Shown: in pieces, positions 26,149 through 38,490 of the stretch | Numbering within the stretch: position 1 is the stretch's first letter | How the letters are laid out: every line of letters starts with the position of its first letter | Assembly (NCBI GenBank): GCA_013239625.1 | Contig: MU053557.1 | Span: 2,944,123-3,008,122, forward strand | DNA from: Lama guanicoe | Taxonomy: Eukaryota | DNA: 64,000 bases | Direction of reading: 5' to 3' | The notes under the pieces: generated by a model | Told to the model about the DNA's origin: nothing | The model's database searches: none | Seen by the model: the letters and a program-made list of their open reading frames with translations, nothing else | Translations under genes and position numbers: made by a program

Positions 26149-27427
26149 TAGAGTTTGTAAACATCCCAATTATTAAGAGCAGATATTAAAATGAAGTTTA
26201 TTATCATGAAGAAAAATCAATAAATTTTGAAAAAATATTTGAGAGTGAAGTGTTATCTACACTAGAACTTTCACTGGGCCATCTTCTCCTCTGAATCCCT
26301 GGAATATGAAAAGTCTTGGTGTCTCAGGTAAACTCACTCTATGTCTAGCCATCAGTCAGCTTCTGTTCTGAGAGTACATGTTAGGTATAGATGTTGGCCC
26401 TGTTTTTAAACTAAAAATGACTGCTTTGTCCAAAAGCCATACACATAATTGTGATTTGCAGCCTTTGTAGTGGGAAGAAGAGAAAAAATATCACTGTTAC
26501 TTTTTAATCTGTTATGGTCAAAAGTAACATTGTTCCTTTAAGAAACCTATAGTGAAATTAAAACAGATGGATGATATAAGCACATGTAAAGTTAATTTAG
26601 TACAATTGATGCTTTAAGGCAGTATCATTTACAGGAACAGAATTGGCTAGCTTTGTATATACAATGATACATTTCTTTTCCTTCACTGGTCAAGTTGGCC
26701 ATCCTTGAATGAAACTCTTGAAAGCTTCCATAGCCTTAGAAAGCTTTGTTAATTCTCCACTTGGTAAATCCATGGGACTGAGGTACCTGCTGCCATGTCT
26801 TATATCCAATCTGATGAACTGATCAACCACTTGCAAATAAGTGGCCCACCCACAAGATTTTGTACAAGAAAAAATCTTTATGGATGTGACTGTTGGAGAA
26901 TAGATGTTAAAGGACTGGATGCTAAATTGCATCAACAGGTAACTTCCTTGGTGATATTGTGGATTTTAGTGCCTTTAAGTGAGAATGAGATTACATTCCC
27001 CTCCTCATCAGGGCTGCCTATGGCCACACTGACCTTACCGCAGGAGAAGTAGATAACCAGGATCTCAAAGGAAAGATGGTTAGAGATTGCTGTTCCTCAG
27101 AATGACTGTTTCTCGCTGGAAATGCAGGAGAGGAAACTTATCCCTTTCTCAGCAAGTCCCTGCTGTGACACTAACCTCCTAAAGAAAAGAGGACTTAGGT
27201 AGAACCTTGCTGTCCTGATCAGCATACTTTTGCATAATCTTTTCCTCCTCTGGAAGAGAGGGTAGTGCCCTTCTGGTGTGCACATATACATCAATGTCTC
27301 CCGGACAGAGAGTTAAGGAAACTTGGTCTCTCCCATCTCTCATTCATTGGAATTTACATAGCTGCATTTTTTTTAAAAAAACCCAGGCACATTTGACTTT
27401 TACAAAGCCTAAAATGTAGATACAGGC

Positions 27428-27490
27428 AGGGCGGAGATCAAGATGGCGGCCCAGGATGACATGGAGCTCACCTCCTCCCACAGACACAGA
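27428..27490 (+). mobile_element. Isolated L1 5'-terminal fragment with a YY1 motif
   Basis: 'gggcggagatcaagatggcggcccaggatgacatggagctcacctcctcccacagacac' resembles laurasiatherian L1 5' ends; CAAGATGGCGGC at 27439-27450. Confidence 0.6.
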
Positions 27491-28649
27491 GTATACGCTG
27501 TTATCCCCAATTGAGAGATCAAACAAAAGAGGTGAGTTGCCTTGAAGGATCTATGATAATTATTCTACCACAACCTATAATTCTCTTAAGTAAAAACGTA
27601 CTGAGTGGCTTTAAGACATTTATTGTCAGTGTATAGCAGATCCTGGAGTGTCACATGTAGTTGTAGAGTTTACACTCCTGGCTCAGACGGTAGTTAATAT
27701 TCTCCAGTTCTACACTGTGAAACTGAGGCACAGAATGGTAAGTCAACAATGACAGTGACAGAGACTGGAATGCTGTTACTACATTTAAACACTAATCGAA
27801 ATCAGGTTTTGTTTCCCAATATGATAACAATTTTCAAAGCACAGAAGTTGAAAGAACTTTACAGTAAACATCCATCTACCCCCTCCCCAGGCCGTTAACC
27901 TTACATTATACTTGCTTTCACTCATCTAACCCCTACCTATCATCAAACCATCTCATTTTTGACACATTTTAAAGTAAATTTCTGACCTCAAAACACTTCA
28001 GCTCACTCTTAATGTCTTCTACAGTTAATGTAGTTGTATTCAAATATAGCCCATACATTTATTAGGATTATCCCTCATTATTTTTTGTTGTTCTTATCAT
28101 TATAAACGGGATTTTTTAAGTTTTTTTTTTTTTGGTTACTTCTAACATGAAAGTTATTGGGTTTTGTATATTTATTTATCTGGCTACTGATTATTTTAAT
28201 GACAACCGTACCTTGTACCATGCCAGGAAATTTTTCTCAACATTTAGAGCCATTGTTTCTGTGTTATTCTGTCTGCACTAGAAAACACATTCAAAGTGAT
28301 GCTAAATAAATAATAGTGAGCATTTTCATTTTGTTCCCAATTTTACTTAAAATGATTAAGCCCAATGATTTTAATTTTTTCTTCATTTGGTTAATTTTAG
28401 GCACTTATCTACTGAGGGGTGATCTAACCAATTTCAGAAGGTTTCTACAGATAAAAGGATAAAGGAAAAATACCTCGTTTACTTTACTCCCTAATCAGTG
28501 CAAAGGAAAAATTCCACAGATAGCTTTCTTTGGTTTCCTCTTTCAACTTTGGACAGGCCTCTAGTGGAGAAGAGAGAGGTGATCTGGTTTGGGTTTCCAT
28601 GTGTGCTTGTTTCCTGCAGTTTGGGATGTTGACGGGCAGTTGGTTGGGT

Positions 28650-28860
28650 CAATCAGTAGACGTCTTACTAGCTGTGTTACCACGGACAAGTTACCAACCT
28701 CTCTGTGCCTCATTTTCTCAAGTATGCAGGAGGATGACTGTAAAGTCTACCTCACAGGAATGTGGAAAGGATGCAGTGAGTTCATTGCATGACACATTTC
28801 CCAGATCAAACACTGCCTGACATGGAATAAATGCTCAGCACACATAGGTTTTGTTACTCA
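28650..28860 (+). mobile_element. MIR
   Basis: 'cttactagctgtgtta...caagttaccaacctctctgtgcctcattttctc...ctacctcacagg'. Confidence 0.8.
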
Positions 28861-29729
28861 GGCTGTAGCTGTGTGGCTCTGGGTGGTGAAATGTAGAGAG
28901 AATGCCTCTCTCAGTTCTCTGCCTCATTCTGTGGAAGGCCAGAGTACAGAATTACTGTCTCTGTGTCCTTGGCAGTTAGAGGACCTTCAGTGGCACGCTG
29001 TGGGGACAGTGGCAAGGTCTTAGGAGGCCAGGCCATTCCTGCAGCTGAATAACAATCTGATGACTCTTCCTGTCAGCTCTGGGGCCTTCACACACAGACA
29101 GCTTCCCTTCCTCAGGGCACTGGGAGCTGAACATCTGGAGAGCTGCAAACTTAATTAACTTTAAGCAAGGAGAGCTCAGCGGAAGAAATAATGGTCGTAA
29201 GTTCCCAACTTCCTAATTAAAATGCAGAAGGCACTGTGGGTCACACATAGAAATCAACAACCTCATTCATGGACCATGCCTTCCGTGTGAGTTTCCACAA
29301 TGTGTCTGTGTAAAACTGATCCTTGACCCATAAAGCAAGACAAAGGGAAGGGAGCTAGACTTGGCTCCATGTGCATTTATTACATCTTCAAACCCACCAG
29401 GGAACTCCCTCTTTCTTTGATCTCATGTACCAAGGCCTGGACTTGCAAATTAAATACCTTTCCATTCAGATCTATAAGGAGCTTTTCAAAGATCAAATAT
29501 GTCTGCATGCTTGACTGTTTCAGGGGACTGATGGGGGTTTAATGATATTTTCTGGCACTCATTGCTAGCTGAGACCCCTGAAGGCAGTCCCCAGGCAGGT
29601 CAAAGAGTAGAACAGTTGGGTATTTTTAGCCTTTCTGCATTCCTAGAGATTTTCAGTTCTGAATGCAACAACGGGGCAGAAAATGTCCAGCCAACAGAGG
29701 CAGAAAAGCTGTGACATTCCCAGAAAGAA

Positions 29730-29960
29730 CATGGTTTCAAAGTCAGGCAGACCTGGTTTAGAACATTAGTCCTATCCCTGACCATTTCTGCAACCATAGA
29801 AGCCACTTCTCTTTGAGCCTTAGTTTTCTCAGCTGTAAAATGGATACAGTAATAACAATCTCATAGAGTGTGGGTGGGGAGTAAATGAGGTAATGTATAT
29901 AACACTTCTAGCACACACTGGGCACATAGTAGGGGCTCCAACACATACCTATTATTTTTT
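29730..29960 (+). mobile_element. MIR
   Basis: 'ctctttgagccttagttttctcagctgtaaaatgg...ctgggcacatagtaggggctc'. Confidence 0.8.
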
Positions 29961-31254
29961 GTTTGTTGCTAACAATGACGATAAACCAGCCTGCTCCTGC
30001 ACTGTCCAGCTCCTGCAAAGAATCACAGTAAGTCTGGAATTTTTAGAGCTCTGCCTAACTAGGTGCTAAGATCTCATTATTGAGTATGGAGATGAGTTCC
30101 TTTATTTATTCAGTTATTCAGCTAAAAATCTGCATTTAAACATTTATCAAGCCTCGTCTGAATGCAGAAAACTGTACCAGCCTCCAGACAAAGGGAAGAG
30201 AGGTTTTTTCAGGACTTTCCTTATGGAACTTAAAATCCTGGAGCTGCTGACATACTACCAGTATTTCATACATATTCTGAGCCATTAAAGCTTTTATAGT
30301 TGAGGCATAAAATTCCCATTCTGTTTGCTTAATTTTGAAATGCACAAAGTGAAAAGTTAAAAAAAAAACAACCCAGCCCTCACTCTTTAAAAATGTCACG
30401 TTATATAACTAATAAGGAAAATAGAGATGAGAGAATTTTCAACATGTCATTTAATTCTATTCACAGTGGAAACAAATTTAGTCTGAGTGAGCCTAAACAT
30501 GAATACAGAGTACTGCAGCCAAAAAGGATTTAACTGCAGAAAAGGGGGAAGAACATGATGTATTTGGGGTGTTTAATGCTACCCAAACAATGACATTTGC
30601 CGAGTTTAAATGATTTTCATTTTATTTTTCTTTCTTTTTTTTTTAAGTTATATCTACAGAGACAAAGAGGGAGTGCAAACATGTATAATTCAGTAATTTG
30701 ACCTTCCACTTCACGTAACATTTTTTCATAATTATAATAACAAAATGACGCTGATAATAACATTTAAAACATTATGCTTTTATTCCTATGAGCCAAGCTC
30801 TTTCTATACATTCTCTCTCTGAATCCCCACAACAAGCTTAATGGCTAAATAACTGTCAAAACCAAGTGGTTAAAAAGTGCTGGAGGCAGGAGATGGTAGG
30901 ATTTTATTCTGTTGCATAGAATGCACATGCTTTGCTTCCTGAAAGTACCTACCATGGGTATCAAAAAGAGAGACAAATAAAAAATAGACCTATTTTTTCA
31001 GATCCCTAAGTACGTAGAGGCTTAGTAAATGTTAGTTGTTATGATAGTTATCTTACACTTTAGAGTCAACAATTTATCTCCTAGAATTACACACTGAATT
31101 CAGAGACTGGATTTTAGCAAATGTTCAAAATGACATTGATTATTTTTATTGTTGTTGTTATTTGAAGACACAGAACTAATAATTTTATATTATTATTACT
31201 ATTATTATTTAGTAGGGTTATACCAAATATTGGGGATGACAGAAGCTGCCTAGC

Positions 31255-31380
31255 CAAAAAGGTATTATTATGTCCATTCTATAAAGAAACTGAAGCTTGG
31301 GAAGTTAAGTAACTCACTCAAGGTCTATACTGGGATGTGGGAAAGCTGTAATTTGCATTTGTTCTCACCTGCCTGCAAAA
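31255..31380 (-). mobile_element. MIR core
   Basis: 'gaaactgaagcttgggaagttaagtaactcactcaaggtc'. Confidence 0.65.
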
Positions 31381-31807
31381 CACATCCCTAAGCTAGTGAC
31401 TCAGAGGGAAGCCACAAAGAGCTTCCCTTTGTCAACCTCTGTGGGTTCTTAGGAAGATACAGGAAGATTACATGCGCACATGTCATGGCCCTCTAGAAAC
31501 TGGAAGAAATAAAGAAGTTTGAGATAGTGTCATTATTCCCTGTATAACAGTCTCATATTTAGGCTGTATTTCACTAGTACAGCCTGGGCTTCTCATGAAA
31601 GAAGAATTAATGCAGGTTCACCGCAGAACACATTCATTCCATTAGAAAAACTGAACTTGAGAAACAGAATGGAACAAGAACTCAGAGAATGAGCTGAGTC
31701 ACGACGCACAAGCTGCACGCAGGGGCCTTGCCCTCGCTAATGTGTCACACTGTTGTTATTGTGGGCCTCCCCCCGCCTGCAGTGAGAAATCTGTCGGGTG
31801 GCCCCTC

Positions 31808-32050
31808 ACTTAGTGATTAAGAATCCTGGCTCTGGAGTTGGCAGATCTGTATTCCAGCCGCTGGCCTGATATGTACTGAGCTGCAGACTGGACAAGGGTT
31901 TAATCTCTCTGGGCCTCCATCTCCCTATCTGTAAAATGGGGGTAATAGTGTTTATCTCCTAGGAGCTTGTGAGTATTAAATGAGCTCATGCAGGTAAACC
32001 ACTGACCACCACCCTGGTCCGAAGAAAGTATTCAATGATAGTGGCTGTTA
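31808..32050 (+). mobile_element. MIR
   Basis: 'gtgattaagaatcctggctctggagt...tctctgggcctccatctccctatctgtaaaatggggg'. Confidence 0.85.
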
Positions 32051-33329
32051 CTAAGAGAAATGGCTTTCCCAGAGCAATGGTTTCAAATGAGATATCCAAA
32101 CATAAACAAATGCCTTGTAAATAAACACTTCAAAGTTAAGAATGAAAATTGAAGGAGTAAAATGTCCCACGTGGATTTATTTTTTTCTGTTTGTTCTGTG
32201 CTTTGCTGAAGGCCTTCGAAGATGCCCAAGGAGAAGTGAGAGGAACAGTTGGTGCCTGTCCTGGGGAATCTCATTTCCCTTAGTGGCAAGAGCGTGTCCA
32301 GGCCGAGAACCACCCCTCCCATGGAAAGTAGCACAGGCAGCCTCTCAAAGCTTCTGAATGTCTAGCAATTTTCAAAAACATGACAACAAGCCAGAGGAAG
32401 AGACGCAACTGAAAAATAGCAAAAGAGGAGGCCCAACAGGCTGTGGCATCACCCCCAATGCCGAGTAAGTTTCCAGTCATTTTATCTGCTGTGCCCCTGG
32501 CATCTTTTCTCTTGTTAATAATGTGGCAAAAATAATGCTGTCAGTAAAATGCACACAGAAGCAAGCTCAGTGTAAAATAATGATTCCATTTTCCTTTTAA
32601 AGGCATCTGGTCCTCTACCATCACTGTATACCATATTCTTTTGAGGCTGGGAGTTGACAGGTAACTTCAGAGGGAAAAATAAAAAAGAGTAATTTGCTCA
32701 GTCTGTGAGATTGTAACACAGTCCACTGACTTAGGGAAGCCAGCCTGGAGCGGAAGTGAGATGCTGGGCTGCAGACCGAGCTCAGCTGCAAAATCAAAAC
32801 ATGATGTTCCCAGGTCCCTGCACTTTGAGCCGCTGGCCTCACTTTCTTCCGCTTTGAGGTGAAGGGTTTCTAAAGAGAAGCTGAGCCCCATGAAGTCAGG
32901 GGCTGCTGAATCCTCAGTACCCAGAGGGGTGCCTGACCCACAGTTATGTGTAGATCAATCAGATATTGTTATTGTTGTTCAAGTGTAAGAGTTAATACGA
33001 TCTTTTGCTTTGCTAAAGAGACTCCACTTCTCCAAGCCCATCCAAGCTCTGATTGCGAGACCAGCCAAGTGATCTTTTTTAAAGGAAATGATACTCCCTC
33101 TCCAAAGCCTGGTTAATACTGCCTGCTGCCTCCACAAGGGGGACAAAGACACCAGCCCATAGCTGAGTAAATCCTCAGCATTCACAGTGCTGTGAGGGAT
33201 GGCTGAGGTGCTCCTTCTCTGAATCACCAGCTCAGCATCCCCCCCGAATAGGCAGGCTGCAGTACTGGGAGGAGGCCCCACTCTCTGGGGCACAGCAAGA
33301 CCACTAGCCTCACCCTCCACAGTTTGGAA

Positions 33330-33800
33330 AGCACCTCTCATCCACTGTCCTATTTGGTACTCACAGGAGCCCTGTGGGGAAGGGAAGCAGGTTGCTTAGT
33401 CAACGTAGGATGGTGACACTCAAACTCATACAAGGTATCCACGTGATCAGAGTTATTTCACTGGTAAGTAGAAGAGCCGGGGACTGAATCTGGGGCTTTC
33501 ACTTCAAGGTCCGAGCTATTAAAACCACTCTGCAGTAAGAGATAGTGCAATCCCCATTTGTTCCCGAATGATGCCCAAAGATCTTATGTCCTGAGCAGAA
33601 GAGTACTCGTGATAACCAGTATTACTGCTACAGTTCCCGGGCTCCGTTATCAGCACGTGACAGGTATGAACACATTTCATCATCACAGCAATGCTGCGAG
33701 GCAGGTACTATCTTTACTTCCAGTTTCAAGGTGAGTGAGGCACACAGATTTGAAAGGAACTTGCCCAAGTTTATATCACTGATGAGGGAGCCTGTAGGTG
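33330..33800 (-). mobile_element. Two adjacent degenerate MIRs
   Basis: 'ctcacaggagccctgtg...ctggtaagtagaagagccggggactgaatc' and 'gcaggtactatc...gaggcacacag...aacttgcccaag'. Confidence 0.55.
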
Positions 33801-34194
33801 ATCAGGGTATCATAAATTCCTTCCCTCGCCCCCGGCCCAAGAGGTAGAGAATCAGGGGGAGGTCTTGGTTGAGAAGGACCTCCTCTGCCGACAGCTCGCA
33901 GAAACAGCCCGAGAAGCCACAACACGTCTTCCTGGGGTTGGGGGTGGACTTCTGCCAGCGCCCGTCATCGCCAGTTTGCGGCTGCAGACACCGCAGAGAT
34001 ATTTTCTCTTTCCCTTTGGGACCATGTATCAAGTTCCTCTTCTCCCTTTCCAGCAGCTCTGCCCAGCAGTTGTGCCAAAAGCTTTCTCACTGATGATGGC
34101 AAGGCTGAGAGCAGAGCTGCCCTGTTAGTTTTCAGGAGGCCTTCTGTCCCCGGTTCCTCTGAGGGAGGATTAACCAGCAAAGGGTGGTTCTAAG

Positions 34195-34345
34195 TACATT
34201 ACACTTAGGAGCTCATTTGATCTTCACAGGTACCTACGAGATTGGTACCACGACAATTCCTATTTTACAGGTCATGAAAGTGATGCCCAGGGAGGCTCAA
34301 AAAACCAGCCAAACTCACACAAATAGTAACTGGTAGAGCCTGCGT
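34195..34345 (-). mobile_element. MIR
   Basis: 'ctcatttgatcttcacag...ttcctattttacaggtcatgaaagtga'. Confidence 0.6.
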
Positions 34346-35371
34346 ATCAAAGTAACTAAAACTTGGCCCTGGCCTGGGGAAAGACTCAGACACTATCACT
34401 TACTCACCGCCTTGCAGCAATCCCGTGTGAGACAAGCAGGAGTGTCACTTCTATAGCGAAGCATAAATGTTTAATTTCTACAATTGCAATTCTAAGCGCT
34501 TAGGGGGCAAACCACGATGAAACATACATTTTTCATAGAGCGTGGCTTTTAGGAGCAAAGCCATTTTTCATCAGGTATTCAATGAAACAAGGATCTTTTC
34601 CAGTGCCTGGGTTTGCATAAAACCATACCTAATCTACTTTAAAGGTGATTCAATTTTATTTAACAAATGAGACACTGAGAGCTTAAGTGATTGACTCAGG
34701 TCCCACCACTAACTAGCCAGTGGAAGGCCTCGTCTGTGCTCTTTCTGCCAAACCACACTTGCAAATAGACCTGTAGGAAAGCTGCTTATCTGTTAAGGTC
34801 TTTCTAATACTAATGGAAAACCTACTACTGATGACTCTTTGGGAAAGACAATTCTCAATTCTCAACAGCCTCAATATGTGTTTCAGAGTTGTCTGACCAA
34901 CTAGGAGAAATTGCCAAAGCTAAATCTTTCTTCTGATTCCCCATGCAAATATTGACAAAAGAGGTGTGTGTCTGCTTGCGGAGAGATTTACGATCTCTGC
35001 AGGGTGCAGGCTTGGAGGTCTGGAGTAGAATACTCCAAGTATAGTAGAGAAAACCTGCATCTGTGCAGTCACGTCCTTGCAAAGAAGGAAATTACGTTTC
35101 ACATGAATAGGTTTCAGGATGGTAAGTTACTGAGGAAGCTTGGGAAACTTCAGAGATGTTCTCATTTGTTGAGAGAGAAATCACGATTAGAAATACTCAG
35201 AACCCACTCTGTGGGTACCTTAACTAAAGGTGGGATTTTAGATGGATAAACTTGTGCTCTGGCACTCAAAATGCAAATGTGCATGTGAAATTGTGATATT
35301 GGGCAAATCATTTTAACTCTTTGGCTCTCAGTTTCTCCAGTTTTTCAAAAAGTGGAAAATTAAGGAAAAAA

Positions 35372-35540
35372 AATCTTTCTATAATCTTTTCTGAGGTCAC
35401 AAGCCCTTTTGAGAAGGTAATGACATTTCCCAATCCCCTCCTCAGAAATATGCAAAATTTTATGATACGTAAGTTCAGAGACTCCCTGAAATCCAGTAAT
35501 GGGCCTCCAAATGTCGATGGATCCCAAATTTAAAGACTTT
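35372..35540 (-). mobile_element. Old hAT-Charlie MITE (MER103C/Charlie4z-like)
   Basis: 'gaggtcacaagcccttttgagaa...atggatcccaaatttaaaga' resembles these MITEs. Confidence 0.45.
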
Positions 35541-36071
35541 AGTCTAATTCATTTCTAAATTCAATTTCAGGAAAAAAGTATTTTTTTAACAACCATAAAG
35601 TTTCAGATTTCTTATATACCTAGGTAGCCACCCACTCCTGCCCTTCTACAGTCATGTGACTTAGCAGCTTATTTCCAAGTTCTAAAGGAAGTTTTTAGGA
35701 TTAAAAGATAGGTACCCATGGCCAACAAGGAGCCTAGATCCTTCAGAACTCCCTTAAATATTTAACTCTGTGAAAGGTTAACCCTTTTAACGAGAAGAGC
35801 TGCTCCACCACGCTCAGGGAAGGGATAGGATTACTAACCTGGTAACTCCTAGCGGTAAGGTACTCCTTGATGCCAACTGATTGTTGCCAGGAGAATGTAA
35901 TTGACTACTGTCTTCCAACACTCCTTAAACCTTTAATTTTGAGGATCTCTGTTACAGAAGCAGTTATCTGGTTTTTTTCATTCAGTCAACTAATACTGCT
36001 GAAGTAATTATTATGCAAGTAATCGGGAAATACAGAGATGATTCATGTAAGCATTTTTCCTTTAAACAACC

Positions 36072-36584
36072 TGTCAACGGAAATAAAATGCACAACCTAA
36101 AAGCTGAGAGTTAAATTTCATTCGGCAGACATTTCTGAGAACTTGAACCCCTCGAGCCAGGGATGACAGCCTCAGTTTGCTCTGAGGGACTGACTGCTCT
36201 GAGGAGGTAGGGGAGGAGCCAGGATGTACAGGAGTTTTTACAACAAAGACCAGGCAGTTGGAACATCAAAAGATTACTGTTAATTAAAGAAAGCCATATA
36301 TCTCAAGTTAAAGAATTTTGCACTTTTCTATGCATGGGAAGGTGCAAAGGTCTGGGCTCACTGAAATCATTCTTTTGATAGGCACCTAGCTGTCTAGTGT
36401 CAGTTTCCAGTTCTTTCACATCCCTCAGGTGCACCATTGCAGGTGGCTGCAGAGGACAGGCTGCCTGCTTGTCTGCATCCTGAGTTCCCTCTGCTCACCG
36501 TCAGGGGTTGGGGTAGCGGCTGATGACTTGATGGCCACAGTGTTCTTTGTTTACTGATATGGCTTGCAATATTTTTTGTTCACA
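36072..36584 (-). mobile_element. ERV1 solo LTR, MER41-like artiodactyl family
   Basis: TG...CA ends; motifs 'aaaatgcacaacctaaaagctgagag', 'gggaggagccagga', 'aacatcaaaagattactg', 'tctgggctcactgaaatcattc', 'tttgtttactgatatggc'. Confidence 0.75.
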
Positions 36585-36878
36585 GTATTAAAAAGAGTTC
36601 TTTATTACTCTGCCTGATCGATAATTCCAAAATCATATAGGCCTTTCTGAGTATTATTTTCCTGCCTGTTGTTTCTTCTGGTTCTTTTCCATGTTGTCTG
36701 TTTCCATGTGTACTGCATGTGTGTATGTGTGTGCATGTGCATGGTTGACTGTGAATTTACGTTCCTTGCAAATTTGGTTGTAGCAGTTTTCGGAGAGCTT
36801 GGCTCAAGGTCTCATTCCTTCAGAAACTGAAGTTCTTCTTGAAATCACCAGGGGATACTAACAACTTGGGACTTCTTT

Positions 36879-37009
36879 GTTTATTGGGGGGTAATTACGA
36901 TTTCTTTATTTATTTGTTTGTTTTAATGAAGGTACTGGGGACTGAACCCAGGACCTTATGCATGCTACGCATGCACTCCACCACTGAGCTATACTCTGCT
37001 CCCCCTCCC
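36879..37009 (-). mobile_element. Vic-1-like SINE
   Basis: 'ggtactggggactgaacccaggaccttatgcatgctacgcatgcactccaccactgagctatac'. TSD tgggacttcttt (36867-36878) / tggaacttcttt (37015-37026). Confidence 0.9.
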
Positions 37010-37522
37010 GACCATGGAACTTCTTTAATCACATTCTCCTTTGGAAGTATTTTGTGCCCAGCAGGCAATGTGAATTTGGCTGCAAACCTACATGAGGACC
37101 AACTTTAAGAGTTACGAAATCTTGAAGAAATGTTGGTACATTCTATTCTTTCCTTTCATTCAGTGCTGTTCCATCACTAGCAGTGGGTTTATTTCTCATT
37201 TCCTCTTAGTTTGAAGCTGTAGCGCTTTGGAGATCACAGGAGTGGAGATGTCATATTAAACCCCCACCTTGTAAGACTTGTAGGCTTTGGCATCTGCCCC
37301 TTATGCAACCTTCAAAATGGAAACTCAATGTCACCATTTTTCTGGAGATGCCTTCTGGGATTACTCCTTTTTAATTTCATTTTCCCTTATGTTGTATGGT
37401 CCATAATTCACTTGCAATTACTGCAGAAGAGGAAGTGATATAGTGAATATTTGCCTTTGTGCATAAAGTTTTCATTTGCACCTCAAGAGTGGTTTCAGCT
37501 CATTCATAATATCCTCATCTTA

Positions 37523-38261
37523 TAAATGCTGGGGAGGATGTGGAGAAGAGGGAACCCTCCTATACTGCTGGTGGGAATGTAGTTTGGTGCAGCCATTACA
37601 GAAAACAGTATGGAGATTCCTTAAAAAACTAAAAATAGAGTTACCATATGATCCAGCAATCCCAATCCTGGGCATGTATCTGGAGGAAACTGCAATTCTC
37701 AAAGATACAATGCACCCCAATGTTCATAGCAGCACTATTTACAATAGCCAAGACACAAAAGCAATCTACATGTCCACTGACTGATGACTGGATAAAGAAG
37801 TGATATATAATGGAATAGTACTCAGTCATAAAAAGAATAAAACAATGCCATTTGCAACAACATGGATGGACTTGGAGATTGTCATACTAAAGTAAAGTAA
37901 GCCAGAAAGAGAAACAAAAATATCATATGATATCATTTCTATGTGGAATCTAAAAAAATGACACAAATGAATTTACTTACAAAACAGAAACAGACTTGCA
38001 GACGTAGAATACAAACTTACGGTTATCAAGGAGGGATGAGCAGTTGGAGAAATAAGTTGGGAGTTTGGGAATTGCAGATACTAACTACTATATGTAAAAT
38101 AAGTCCTACTGTATAAGACAATACTTTATAATGGTCTTTAACGAAAAAGAATACGAAAAGGAATATATGTATGTGTATGTATGACTGAATCACTATGCTG
38201 TACATCAGCAATTAACTCAACACTGTAAACCGACTATACTTCAATTAAAAAATATAGTAAA
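37523..38261 (+). mobile_element. 5'-truncated L1 (ORF2 CCHC region to poly-A)
   Basis: Translation [28 protein letters not shown] ataatatcctcatctta (37506-37522) / ataaaatccccatctta (38262-38278). Confidence 0.93.
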
Positions 38262-38344
38262 ATAAAATCCCCATCTTAAAATCAGAATCCAGACTTGCCT
38301 TCCACAGGTACTTTAATTACACTTATCATAAACTATGCAAGAAC

Positions 38345-38490
38345 AAGACTACTCAAATTTATGACCTGCCAGCAGCAGCAGCACCACCAGGCGGCTGGTC
38401 AGTGATGCAAATTCTTCAGCCCTGCCCCAGACCTACCGTATCAGAATGTCTCGGGTTCAGGAATCTGCTTTTTAACAAAGTCTCCAGTGA
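38345..38490. mobile_element. MER5A-like hAT MITE
   Basis: 'gatgcaaattcttcagccctgccccagacctaccgtatcagaa...caggaatctgctttttaacaa'. Confidence 0.7.

Noticed and set aside
26690..27052. Overlapping ORFs of 81 and 85 aa as an ancient coding relic
   Set aside because: No motif I can assign and no convincing acceptor/donor pair for them.
36925..37005. tRNA-like sequence (also near 8940-9010, 20875-20948, 25848-25920)
   Set aside because: SINE heads with A-rich tails and mostly visible TSDs, not tRNA genes.
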